Source: Squalus acanthias (taxonomy: Eukaryota). Taken from it: a DNA stretch of 64,000 nucleotides. Location: the NCBI GenBank assembly GCA_030390025.1, contig CM059431.1, forward strand, positions 126,296,001 through 126,360,000, read 5' to 3'. Below are positions 36,750 to 49,502 of this stretch, piece by piece. The position numbers were made by a program, and so were the translations under genes. The notes under the pieces are model-generated. The model made no database searches. It was not told where the DNA came from and saw only the letters and a list, made by a program, of their open reading frames with translations. Position 1 is the stretch's first letter, and each line of letters starts with the position of its first letter.

Positions 36750-37138
36750 GACACTGGCCTCTGCAAAAAAAAGCCCGCGAAAGTGAGTTTAAATACTCAC
36801 TGTGCTGCTGCTCTCTCCGCTCCCGACACTGGCCTCTGCAAAAAAAAGCCCGCGAAAGTGAGTTTAAATACTCACTGTGCTGCTGCTCTCTCCGCTCCCG
36901 ACACTGGCCTCTGCAAAAAAAAGCCCGCGAAAGTGAGTTTAAATACTCACTGTGCTGCTGCTCTCTCCGCTCCCGACACTGGCCTCTGCAAAAAAAAGCC
37001 CGCAAAAGTGAGTTTAAATACTCACTGTGCTGCTGCTCTCTCCGCTCCCGACACTGGCCTCTGCAAAAAAAAGCCCGCGAAAGTGAGTTTAAATACTCAC
37101 TGTGCTGCTGCTCTCTCCGCTCCCGACACTGGCCTCTG
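36750..37138 (-). repeat. 75-bp tandem monomer array at the CR1 5' end (5 full units plus partial)
   Basis: GACACTGGCC recurs at 36750, 36825, 36900, 36975, 37050 and 37125; units are nearly identical. Confidence 0.95.
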
Positions 37139-37234
37139 CCACCCATATATCAACCCCAAAATGTTTGGTCCAGATCCTCACTTAACTCTAGTAAAAAAGT
37201 ATTGACATTTTAGCTTCATATTCATTTTAAACAG

Positions 37235-37402
37235 GAGTAAATTTCAACTTTGGTGGTAGTGCAAAATGGGCAATAGCGAACCGATAGCCGGTTTCACACC
37301 TTGCCTGATTTTCTTTTCCATGGAAGTCAATGGAAAAGAAAATCAAGTGGGTTGAGTAGTGGGCTATTGATTCGCTGTTGCCCAAGTAGAAATTCACACC
37401 CT
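37235..37402. mobile_element. Old palindromic MITE centred on CCAT(T/G)GAAGTCAATGG
   Basis: Imperfect hairpin GATTTTCTTTTCCAT..ATGGAAAAGAAAATC; related copies at ~47255-47395, ~47465-47622 and ~32125-32180. Confidence 0.65.
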
Positions 37403-40128
37403 ACATGTGCATCAACTGATGGATATAACTCCATTATGGGCAATCTCTCAAGAGTGGTAAAAGACCATTAATGTGACAGAAACTTACATGTAATCGTAGA
37501 AAGTGGAGTGATATATCTCGAGTTCCTTGGACAATGTTATGTCAATAGCTTTTATACAATTGAAAGATTATCGGAGTGAACTAGGTAATTCAGCTTGCTG
37601 GTCTGGAGTTGAATCTTCTGACTGCCATCAACTGATCAACCAACACTCCTATCAGCCCACAGGGACTATCAGCTTCATATTCTATTACAATGGTGTCTTT
37701 ATGCTTTACTTGATCTTGTAGTAGGAACAATTTACATTGAATAGTATTCTACTAACTTTGTTATTTTTAGATCTGTTTCAGTTGTCCCTTCATTTTTATA
37801 AAATCAGAGAAAGGCCTTCAGATCCTGTGAGCAATGGCAGTGATGTTGGAGATCAATTTATGGATCTCCAGGGTATTACACACAACAAGATTTTATGTAG
37901 GTACAGACCAGAGAATATTATTACCTTCCTTCACAACATTCCCCATGTTAGTATCATTGTCTGTTCAGTTAACTTGACTGTCAAGTCAGTTAGCTGGATG
38001 CATTCATCTAACATGGACAATGATGAAGGGTTTTCACAACTATGATTTAATTCTCTAAGACAGGAATATTCAGCAGCATCAATGGATTGTAATCAGCAAT
38101 AAAGCAAGGGGTGGAAGGAGACACAGGCCCTGGAATTATGCCATGGGATACTAATGCTCAACATGTTGATATAAAGTCAAGTTGTTAACCAATTGTAAAA
38201 TAAATGAGCCTCTTTTCAGTGCTTAAGTAAGTCAATCATTAATGAAAACCTGAGCACGTGCGATTTCTTATTATTTACAGCCGGATCATGATGTGCATTT
38301 AGTTAATTCATCTGGAGTAGGTATAAACCAAAGTTTCATGTGCAAAGGAGCCCTTAAAGGAATGGAGGCATTTTTGATGATTTTTGTCCCAATGGCTTTT
38401 CACTGCTCTTATAATGGCTTTTTAAAAGTTATTTTTCTATGATTTTTTTTTCTGGGATTTCCAAAATGTATTGTTTGTTTCAATTTTTTTCTGATTTTTT
38501 TGCGCTACTGGAACATTGTGAGAATGTTTTTGTGAAAACAAAAATGGACAATGTTGCAAAATTGCTGGGAAGCGAAGTGTAATTGAAGAATTTGCAATAA
38601 TCTGAAAGAAAAGGAAAATGTTATGAGTGATATGAAAAACCATGGTGTTTGCAGCACAGAAACAGACCATTTGGCCCAACAGGTCTATGCCGGTGTTTAT
38701 GCTCCACATGAGCCTCCTCACACCCTTCTTCATTTAACCCCATCAACATATCTTTCTATTCCTTTCTCTTCACGTGTTTATCCCCTTAAATGCTTCTATG
38801 CTATTCGCCTCAACTACTCCTCATGGCAGCAAGTTCCACATTCTAACCACTCTCTGGGTAACAAAGTTTCTCCTGAATTCCCTATTGGATTTATTAGTGA
38901 TGATCTTTTATTTATGGCCCCTAGTTCTGGTCTCGCCGCAGGTGGAAACATTTTCTTAGCATCTACCCTATCAAACTTTTTCATAACCTTAAAGACCTCT
39001 ATCAGGTCAGCCCTCAGTCTTCTCTTTTCTAGAGGAAAGAGCCCCATCCTCTTCAATCTTTCTTGATAGGTACAGCCTCTCATTTCTGGTATTCTACTAA
39101 ATCTTTTTTGCACTGTCACCAGTGCCTCTATATTCTCTTTATAATAATGAGACCAGAACGGTTCACAGTACTCCAAGTGTGGTCTAACCAAGGTTCTGTT
39201 GAAGGGATAATTACTAGTCCTAGCCCCTTTAGGGCTACCCCAGATCAGGCATATTCCTCAGATGTTCATTTTAACTAAAGTTTGAGGTAGCCGAATCCTA
39301 AAGACGCTTAATTGGGTCTAAAGGTCCAGACTAGCTCTCCCTAAAGGAAAGGAACAACCTGAAAATGTTACCGTCCTCCAGATAGCACTTTTAATAAGTT
39401 TAGCTGGACTGTAACATTCCGGATATTATGAGGGTCCGGAAAACTCCCCCAGAATTCTGCAACTCCTCACCAAAGAGTGTACAGAGATTGAGTTTGCGAG
39501 TTTGATACAGAAGTATTATGTGAGACTATTCTAAAAATATATAGATTTATTAAAGAACCGACATGTAATTTACAGTTGGTGAGTCAATCGCAACATTAAC
39601 AGTTCCAAAAAGAGAAAGATTTATAATCTTATTATCAGAGATCCTATTCTCAAATCTTAACTTCGCTACAGTTTTACAGTTCTTAGTCTTAGTCAGGATA
39701 TCCACCAAAATCAAATACCGTACCTTTTGATCCCCGAGGTACAAAGAGTTGGAGACTTACAGAGCCTGCATCTGAAGCCGAGAATCGCTTTGCCCCTTTA
39801 CAGCGAGTCTATTATCCTATTTGAGAGTTCAATATTTATACCCTTTTCCAGCGGTATCTCCTTTAAGGTTTTCTGTTGATGTAAGCTAATTATCTCTCGT
39901 CATTTTTCTGCTGACTTCTGCAATTCTTAGTCACCTCAGCTGGTAGCAATACAGACCTACGTCTCTCCTCTAGGTGTTCCAAGCTTACCATAAAAAATGG
40001 TGTAACAGCAGGTGCATTTTATTTAATGTCATTTTTACTAAGGCCTTCTGTTTGTGCCTCTTTACGAAGTGTAAATTAGAACACCTTAACCAGGGTGATC
40101 TATGCAATTCTTAGTCACCTCAGCTGGT

Positions 40129-41957
40129 GGTATTGCAGAATTGAATGTAGGAGGTATGATCAGTAAGTTCGCAGATGACACGAAAATTGGTGGGGTGGTA
40201 AATAGCGAGGAGGGAAGCCTCAGGCTACAGGATGATATAGATGGGTTGATCAGATGGGCAGAACAGTGGCAAATGGAATTTAACCCTGCAAAGTGTGAGG
40301 TGATGCATTTTGGGAGGACTAACAAGGCAAGGGAATACACAATGAATGGTAGGACCCTAGGAAGGACAGAGGATCAGAGGGACTTTGGTGTGCATATACA
40401 TAGATCCCTGAAGGCAGCAGGAGAGGTAGATAAGGTGGTTAAGAAGGCATATGGGATACTTGCCTTCATTAGCCGAGGCATAGAATATAAGAGCAGGGAG
40501 GTTATAATGGAGCTGTACAAAACGTTAGTTAGGCCACAGCTGGAATACTGCATGCAGTTCTGGTCGCCACACTATAGGAAGGATGTGATTTCATTGGAGA
40601 GGGTGCAGAGGAGATTCACCAGGATGTTACCTGGGTTGCAGCGCTTCAGCTATGAAGAGAGACTGGACAGGCTGGGATTGTTTTCCTTAGAGCAGAGAAG
40701 GCTGAGGGGGGACCTGATTGAGGTGTACAAAATTATGAGGGGCATAGATAGGGTAGATAGAAAGGAACTTTTCCCCTTAGTAGAGGGGTCAATAACCAGG
40801 GGGCATAGTTTCAAGGTAAGGGGCAGAAGGTTTAGATGGGATTTGAGGAAAAACTTTTTCACCCAGAGGGTGGTTGGAATCTGGAACTCACTGCCTGAAA
40901 GGGTGGTAGAGGCAGGAACCCTCACAACATTCAAGAAGCATTTAGATGAGCACCTGAAACGCCATAGCATACAAGGCTACGAACCAAGTGCTAGAAAATG
41001 GGATTAGAATAGACAGGGCTTGATGGCCGGCACGGACACGATGGGCCAAAGGGCCTCTTTCTGTGCTGTATAACTCTATGACTCTATGGGGGAAAAATTC
41101 AGTTGGTTGCGCCTCCCGTTAGCGCCTTAAGAGGGTGCTAATGGGGCGCAAAGCAACTAGCGCCCGGGCGTGGCGATTTTTGCGCCGCTCGTGAAATTAA
41201 CTAGACATTTTGCGGCGGTGCTAAACACTACCACCATGGTCTCCTGCGCCGGCAGATCGTGACGTCAGTCGAGTGCGCAATATCTCGGTAGCGTCCCGGA
41301 GCAGATATTGAGTGGCGCCCCCTGCATTACCGCCTGCCGCTAGCAACGACAGGTTGAGGGGAGTGTTTTGCATTCAGGAAGGGACTGGGGGAGTGCTATT
41401 TAAAGGTGACTGCTTCCTGCCTTTTTTTGTTGGCGACATTTTTGAACCACGCATTCTGAGAGAGAGAGAGACTTCTGGAGAGATTCAATGCTGTGTGAAG
41501 GAGTATTGGGTACTGAGCAGCACTTTGCAGGTTCATTTTGACTTGCCCTTCCTTGTATCGATTTAGAAGAGACTGTGGGGGCTACACTCTGAGCTCTTTC
41601 CCTGGTACTCTCCATTGTTCTTTCCAGCAGATTTGATGTACAGGTCACTTCAGGCCGAGATTCAAGGCTGCAATGAGCAGGATGTGGATGGAAAGCAAGA
41701 TCAACCCTTCCCTTTAAGAACTGGCTGGCGCCATTGTGTCTGTGTTCCATTGCTGACTGACATCACATGAGCTTCGCCAGCGCTCTGAGTTAGCGACTCG
41801 CTCCTCGGCCTTTCCGCCTTAAGACAGATGTGTAGCGCCTGATTTAGCGCTCCAATCACCTCCAGGGGCGATAAAAGTCAAGTTTGTCGTCGGTGGCGAT
41901 AATTAGCGCCAGGCGCTAATCTTTGCGCCCGGCCGATAATTGCGCCCCATGACTCTA
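40129..41957 (+). mobile_element. 5'-truncated young CR1 whose tail is interrupted by a MITE
   Basis: Open frame from [12 protein letters not shown] to ..RKWD (41007); (ACTCTATG)n tail at 41072-41088 and 41949-41957. Confidence 0.93.
41089..41948 (+). mobile_element. Harbinger-type MITE, family B copy 1
   Basis: Ends GGGGAAAAATT / AATTGCGCCCC; 3-bp duplication (ATG) in the CR1 tail; many TAGCGCC motifs; homologous to 62412-63119. Confidence 0.85.
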
Positions 41958-43459
41958 ATTGTGTCTCTCCTCTAGGTGTTCCAAGCTTACCATAAAAAAC
42001 AGTGTAACAACAGGTGCATTTTATTTGATGTCATTTTTTACTAAGGCCTTCTGTTTGTGCCTCTTTACGAAGTGTAAATTAGAACACCTTGTACAGGGTG
42101 TACCATTGTCTGCTCCCAAAGATTCAGACCGTCGGTGGCCTTTAACCTTCTGTTTCAATAAGGTTATTGATTCAGTGTCAACAACTATCTTATCTCTATT
42201 GCCAGAATGCTACTACAGCTTTTTCAGTTAGTTTTCCAGATTTCCAAACCCAGTTTGTCATGTTTTAATAAGGCCAGAATTCTTTCATAGAATGGTGTAT
42301 TTTTTTGACTAGGTTATATGACTTATTTCTTCACACTATACAAGTTTAGCATAACTTCTCTACTTTTCAATTCTATCCCTCTAGCAATTAACCCCAGTGT
42401 TTTGTTTGCTTTTTTAAATCCTTATTAACCTGTGCTGCTACTTTTAGTGATTTGGGTATCTGTACTCCCAGATCCCTCTGTTCTTCTACCTCATTTAGAC
42501 ACTTATTTTTCCAAGAAGTACGTAGCCTCCTTATTTTTCCTACCAAAATGTACCACCTTACACTTATCTATATCAAAGTTCATTTGCCAATTATATGCCC
42601 ATTCTGCAAGTTTAAAATATATTTTGTTGCATTCCTCCTCAGTATTGACTATCCCCCCAATTTGGTATCATACACAAATTTTTGAAATTGTACTTCTGAT
42701 TCCCGAGCCCAAATTGTTTAAGTAAATTGTGAACAACAGTGATCCCAGCACTGATCCTTGTGGAACACCACTGCCCACCTGTTGCCAGTCTGAATAAGTA
42801 CCTTTAACCCCTACTCTCTATTTTCTTTTATGTAGCCAACTTGCTATCCCCTGACTCCACATGTTCTGATCTTAGTCATGAGTCTACTATGCGGTACCTT
42901 ATCGAAGGCTTTTTGTAAATCCAAATATATTATATCTATTACATTCCCCTTATCTACCCATTCTGCTACTTCTTCAAATAATTGAATAAGGTTGCTCAGG
43001 CATGACCTTCCCTTTTGAAATCCATCCTGACTACTCTTTATTATATTTTCAGTTTCTAGATGTTTATATATTACATCTTTGAGTAAGGATTCCACGATCT
43101 TTCCTACAACTGACATTAAGCTAATTGGTCTATAGTTCCCTGGACTTGTTCTATCTCTCTTTTTAAATATCGGAATCACATTAGCTGTCTGCCAGTCCTC
43201 TGGCACTATTCCCTTTTCTAATGAATGTTTATATATATAATAATGCCTTTGTTATCTCTCCCCTAACTTCTTTTAATAAGCTGCAGTTCCATTTTTTAAT
43301 AAATAAAATGACTGTATAATTACATTTTACAGAGTGAGAAAAGGCATGTTTACTCTCCAAGTGCTGGAAGCCTTATAGCTCGGAGTCAGGGAGAGGAGGG
43401 ACATATCTTATGGGACTGATGCCCACACAACTGTTGAAGCACCTGGTGCCGTAGGCATT

Positions 43460-44180
43460 GAAACATAGGAACAGGAGTTGGCCATTCAGCCTCTCGTGCC
43501 TGTTCCACCATTCAATTAGATCATGGCTTATCTGTACCTCAACTCCATTTACCCATCTTTTCTTCCTATCCCTTAATACTCTTACCTAACAAAAATCTGT
43601 CAATCCCAGTCTTGAAAATTTCTATTGACTCAGCATCCACAGCCTTTTGGGCTTCATGTGAAAAAATGCTTTGTGATTTCACTCCTAAGTGGCTTAGCTC
43701 TAATTATTAAGATTATGTCCCCCTTCTGTGGATTCCCCCACCAGAGGAAATAGTTTATCGGTATCTACCCTATCGAATCTCTTTATCATTTTAAGCACCT
43801 CAATTAGATTATCCCTCAACCTTCTAAACTCAAGGGAATGCAAACCAAATGTATGCAACCTGTTTTGATAATTTACCCCTTTAACCCCGATATCATTCTG
43901 GTGAATCTCCAATATATAGCTGAGGTGTGTTGCCGAAAACTGAATGCAGTACTCCAGATGGGGTCTGACCAAGGCTCTATACAGCTGAAGCATAACTTCC
44001 TCACTTATCAATACCAACCCCTTTGAGACAATGGCCAACATTTCATTAGCCTTTTTGATTGCTATTTGTACCTGTGCACTAGCTTTTAGTGATTTGTGTA
44101 CATGGGCACCTAACTCACTTTGTTCTGCCACAGCTACAAGTCTCTCCCCATTAAGAAAACATTCCAATTTGTCTTTCTTG
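43460..44180 (-). mobile_element. CR1 3' fragment
   Basis: LYRALVRPHLEYCIQF, LEFRRLRDNLIEV and CR1 3' UTR at ~43460-43530. Confidence 0.9.
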
Positions 44181-44549
44181 GCATGGGAGGATGGGATGGC
44201 CAAAGGTAAGTAACAGCAGTCAGCTACCATGGTACTGGAGGGGCAAAGGCATCAGAATCTCAGCAAGCTGTCAGCGAAACCTTACAGCCACCCAACATAC
44301 TCACTCCTTGCACAAGGGAATCACTTAAAAAGAATAGCAGGTTATGCATCACACTTCGAAACTAAAGCAGAAAAATAAGGGGACTGCACATATCAAATCA
44401 AGCTAACATTCACACACCACAGTGAATGGAATACATGTTTTGCATTTGATTTAAATATTGCACTGAGTATTTATTCATCACTGGTTAGAATATAGCAGGG
44501 GCTCAGTATAAGATGGCAACAAATAATATTTGAAGAGGATAATGTGGTT

Positions 44550-45860
44550 TGAGTGTGGTTAATAATACATAAGACTTCCTGGCCTCATTGCTGGCTCTAC
44601 AACTAATTTCCTTCTCTATTAGTTTCACCCTCTTGTTCTGCCATGGCTTCACTATCTTGGTCATCAACCTGCAGACTGAGAGCTCTTTGCAGGCTGCAGT
44701 TATGGAGCATGTGACACACATCAATTATTTTTGAATTTCTGATGGAATTGTACAGTAAGGATGCCCCCCCACCCCACCAGCTAGCACTGGGGACATGCAG
44801 TTTTAGCCAGTTTGCCGTCCACAAATATATCAAGGACGTTGCCGATGCATTGCTCAGCAGAACCACTGACTTTATTGTTTTTGCCAGTGAATAACAGCAG
44901 CAATGTGAGAGGGCATCATGATTCAACAGAACTACTGACTTTCCCACGTTCCAAGATGTCCTTTATTACACTCATGTTGATATTTGTGCCCATGTGCACA
45001 ATGCTGTGCCTTATAGGAATCGAAAGAGATTTTATTCACTCAATGTCCAGCAGGTATGCAACTACCCGCCACCCCCCACCCCCCAGGCCCTGTCGGTCGA
45101 GACATGTGAAGCACTGGTCTGTTGATCATTCTGGTTGTGCAATGTGCTTTGTCCCATACTTGCGCAAGGGTGTCATGAGCCATGGCAAAAGAGAGTAGTC
45201 CTGGTCTTCCAGAAGCTAGCTTTCCAATCTTTCTTCCCCTTCAACTATGGTGCTAAAGATGATTGTCTGAAAATGTAGCCGTCACGATAGCTTCTAGGTA
45301 TTCTGTGCTGATAGTTACATACCTGCTGGACATTGAGTGATTAAAATCTCTTTCGATTCCTATAAGGCACAGCATTGTGCACATGGGCACAAATATCAAC
45401 ATGAGTGTAATAAAGGACATCTTGGAACGTGGGAAAGTCAGTAGTTCTGTTGAATCATGATGCTCTCTCACATTGCTGCTGTTATTCACTGGCAAAAACA
45501 ATAAAGTCAGTGGTTCTGCTGAGCAATGCATCTGCAACGTCCTTGATATATTTGTGGACAGCAAACTGGCTAAAACTGCATGTCCCCAGTGCTAGCTGGA
45601 AGGAGCCTGATACATAAAAATTAAAAGCCAAGAAGAGGTTGCTAGCAACTGGCACAGATGTTAAATGTTATCTGGAGGTTTTTCTGAAGGAGACTGTACA
45701 GTTTTATCACAGCTTTGCTGCTAAACGTTATCCTCCTTAGGCACATTTCTTCTATCATTCCCTAGCAATGCTTGATAATGTTAGACCCATCGTGTTCCCT
45801 AGTTGAAGAAAACCAGGTCTACATGCAACCTAACAGGCAGTCCTTAAAGGGACCGCTGCA
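44550..45860 (-). pseudogene. Heavily decayed Harbinger transposase containing an inverted duplication
   Basis: Minus-strand remnants SGSFQ, RNRK..SLNVQQVC, WLMTPLR, CLDR, CHMLHN. Confidence 0.72.
44777..45599. repeat. 288-bp near-perfect inverted repeat (44777-45064 / 45312-45599)
   Basis: The ORF track gives nearly identical peptides on opposite strands (44812+ vs 45564-); only a few substitutions visible. Confidence 0.95.
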
Positions 45861-48611
45861 GGCTGCAACCAACAAAGCGATTCCCTCTTCCCCCCCACAC
45901 CCCTCCCTCCCCCACAATCCTGGCCTCTTCCTGCTAACCACCCTTCCCAATCACCGCTATCCTCCCATGCCAGCCACCGCTACCCTTCCAATCCAGTCAG
46001 CAGCCCCCCCGCCCTCCACTTCCTGGCCTGATCACCCTCCGTCCTGAGTCCGGACCCTGTCGCCCCCTTTAAGGACGCCAGCAGGGGTCTGATTGTCGAG
46101 TCCTCTTCACCGGTGGGCTGGCTGGGGGCCCCTAAGATGTGTCTGCAGCTCGCTGGGTCAATGATAATGAGGCCCAAGGCCCAATATCACGTGTGCCTCG
46201 GGCCTATCCAATCAGGTGCAGGGATTGTTCTCAATCTCACCTAGAATTGAGCCTCAGTCTTCATTTCAATGATTTAGACGAGCTGTCGGCACCCGTCATG
46301 CCTCCTGAGGCCCCTCACCCATTCCCAGAGGATAAATGTCAGGCCGCTTGTTTCGCGGGCAGTGTCCTTAGCTAAGTACCAGCAAGAATGGGGCAGTCTA
46401 CAGGAGGGGGGCTGATCGCAGTCCTGCTGCTCCCGGCTACACATCAAACTTTAAAAAATATATATACTTACATTTAGTCACACTGTGTAGCCACAGCGAC
46501 CGCTGAAAATTCTAGAGCAGAACAGGCCGGGCGCTTGCTCCACTGTGTGTCAGCAAATTTAGCAGAGCGGGCCTAAAACAGGCATTAGGCTCCTTATTTA
46601 CATATGTTAGGGTCTAATGACTGTTTTAGGCATCTGGCAGGGAACATGTGTATTCCATAGATAAATTAATTATGTTTCAGAGATTCGTACAGTTAGCTGC
46701 TTGAGAATTGTTAAAGGATGATTATTGCAAGTATGTTGTGATTGACTGATATTTATTGCCACTAGTGAAATCTTTCTCCTAAGAAGAGTATGTATGCTCC
46801 TATGTTTTTGCTCATGGTTTGAGATTTCCATAAAAAGCAGGAGGCATTTTTAAATGTAAAAGAAAGTTGTGTGATGATTGACATACCTCATTTCTTTACC
46901 CAGATCCCTGTTTCTGTTATCAATTAGCAAATGGCAGAAAAAGATCAGAACAGAAAGATTCAAATGGAAAAGTGGGACAGTCTATCACTGCCAAACAAAA
47001 TAAGAATCTGCAAAATGAGTTACAATGGAATAACATTAGTAACCTTGAATAACAAGGTTAAAGCCCAGGTGTAATTCTTGATCAAAAATTCAGGAGGCAG
47101 AGCATCAGTACCAGAAGTACAGGGGATTATGTGTTTCTTTATGATATGTAAATATCCTTCTTGCTTGCCAGTTTGAATAAAAATGGGTTATTTCTAATGT
47201 CTTGACACCATACATGGGTTCAGAATTGTTGAGGGTGAAAGATAACTTTGGTGGGAATGCAAAACAAGTGGCAACAGATCAGCGTCGGTTATACACCCTG
47301 ATTGATTGTTCTTTCTATTGAAATCAATGGAAAAGAAAATCATGCGGGATATGTAAAGGGCGGCCGATTCGTCACCGCCCATCTTGTGCTCCCACCAAGG
47401 TTGATTTCCCCCCCCTTGCCACCCCTTATATCGGATTCAGATTGAGTTCCTTTAGAAACCATGAGGGTAATTTCCAACTTAGGTGGGGGCGCAAAAGTGA
47501 TGGGAATGAAATAGCTGCCCTTTCTGCACCCCATCGAATTTTCTTTCCAATCGACTTCAATGGAAAGGAAATTTGGGCCTAGTGTATAACGAGTGGCCAA
47601 TCCCGAAATTGAAAATTAGTCCCGTAGCCAGCTGGTCGTGGTTCCTTTTCATGTTTTTGGGTATCATTTTAAAAGAAAAATTCTGCCATAAAAATATTTT
47701 GGCACGAGGCTAAATTTAAGGTAAATTAATTCAATGAACCCGCTTTTCCAGTAGGGAGCCACGCTTAAAGGGAATACCAGTCAGAGAATCAACATGACAG
47801 TGTTGTAGACCTGACCCACGATTCCTTCAAACAGCCTCCTACTGGGATCCCAGGAATTGTGAATTTACCCTGATGTATCTTTTTTCCACTGTTTAAGTAG
47901 TTCAAGAATTGGGTGGACAAGCTGAGTGGTTTACTCTATTCACACCGGGGACTTGTTTGCTTTGTACACTGCCTTTAAGGAGAAGAAAAACACTACTGAC
48001 TGGTTCTTTTATCAATTTGCTCAGCTCAGGATCAATATCCGTCTAAGAAAGCCCCTTATCACCTTTCAAGAAATCTCCTTTATTTGCATTCAATGGCAGA
48101 GATTTTAACTTATTTTAAGTGATTAAGCATTCTCCAGTGCAATAGCTGGAGACAAACGGATTAGGCTGGCCTAATTCTAACTAATAGAACTGCACGCTGA
48201 GTTTATATTAGTAGGATATCTTTAAATGTGGGATTGATAGACACAGTTGTCTTATCAAACAGCTCTCAGAAGTCAATACCTTTTATTTAGAACGTAAATT
48301 GAAATCTGGGGATCTTGGATTCTTTGGCTGTGACATCGAATATAATTTGTAAATACCAAACAATACATTTGGGTAAATAATGTGATCAGATGACAAGTTA
48401 TAAACAGCCACTTTTAAATTGAAATGACTGTACCAGTTTTGAATTTTCATATTTTTCCCCATTATGCATTTTTTGTCTAAAATAGGGACAAATTTATCTG
48501 TACCTTTGTTGTCATGTTAGAAGAAAGAAAGAAATGCATTTCTATAATGCCTCCCACAACCTTAGGATGTTCCAAAGCGCTTTACAGCCAATGAAGTACT
48601 TTTGAAGTGTA

Positions 48612-49352
48612 GGGCTGGATTTTGAATGACCCATGGAGTCGGGTTTGGAGGCGTGTGGGGGGTTAAATTTGCGGGGTCGGGGGTCCCGACCCCATCCCGA
48701 CTCCATGCAATTTTGACAAAATCAGTCGCGGGGTTCTCGACTCCGTCCCGCCTCCAAGAGGCGGGAGAGGCCATTAAAGCCCTTAACAAGCCCTAAATTG
48801 GCTCTGTAATGCCATTTTGAAACGTTTTAGCTAGTTTAACCCTTTTCTGACGTGAAGCACGCCTGGTGTGAAACACTCCAGTGATACCTAGCGGGAGCAC
48901 AAGTGGATAGCTGACTATCGGCTGCAGGTCCACTATTACAACGGAGATGTGATGAAGGTAGTAGTAGTATTAGGTCTGAAAGTCACCTCTGATGCTGCTG
49001 CATTCAATGTCTTCAGAGACTGCATGGCATTTGGTGTGAGAGGACTTGGATGCAAAGAAAATTCTTTCTCTCTCTCTCTCTCTTGCATCCAAGTCCACTC
49101 ACAGCAACAGCCAGGCAGTCTCTGAAACCAGGCGCACAGTCTCTGACCTGCAATGCAGCAGCAATGATGACATCATCAGAGGCGACTTTCAGACTGAAAC
49201 CACTAATTAATTCATGGGTTCCCACATGCTGGAACTCAATTGCCCAATTAAGTTAAAATTGCATCATTCATCCACATTAATCTGGAGTCGGGGGGGGAAC
49301 ACGAAATGCGGATGACACGACCCCAACCCGACCCCAAGACAAAATCCAGCCC
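48612..49352 (-). mobile_element. Harbinger-type MITE, family A copy 3
   Basis: 12-bp TIRs; exact GTA TSD. Confidence 0.93.
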
Positions 49353-49502
49353 GTAGTCTCTGTTGTAATGTCGAAAACACAGCAGCCAATTTGCACACAG
49401 CAAGGTTCCACAAACAGAAATGAGATAATGACCAGATAATCTGTTTTAGTGATGTTGGTTGAGGGATAAATATTGGCCAGTACTCCTCTGCTCTTCGAAA
49501 TA

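Larger units (their letters stand above)
32302..37140 (-). mobile_element. Full-length young CR1 LINE
   Basis: 5' tandem array, ~450-bp unique 5' UTR, open ORF1 and ORF2, 3' UTR and (TATCTATG)n tail at 32302-32323. Confidence 0.97.
39200..42333 (-). mobile_element. Solo LTR family L1 copy 2, with an internal ~180-bp tandem duplication, interrupted by CR1 and a MITE
   Basis: TGAAG...CTTCA terminal inverted repeat; homologous to 11511-12640; CTGT/CTAT near the flanks. Confidence 0.78.
38640..43280 (-). mobile_element. Old CR1 LINE hosting nested insertions
   Basis: RPHLEYC..LRADLIEVFK at 38.8-39.2 kb continues as RT sequence at 42.3-43.3 kb (PEDWQTANV, YRPISL, KAFDKVPH). Confidence 0.88.

Noticed and set aside
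36696..37205. 75-bp array as a CRISPR array or a repeat-protein ORF (169 aa / 147 aa)
   Set aside because: The units are identical end to end with no unique spacers and no cas genes. The ORFs arise because 75 is a multiple of 3. The array is the 5' end of the CR1.
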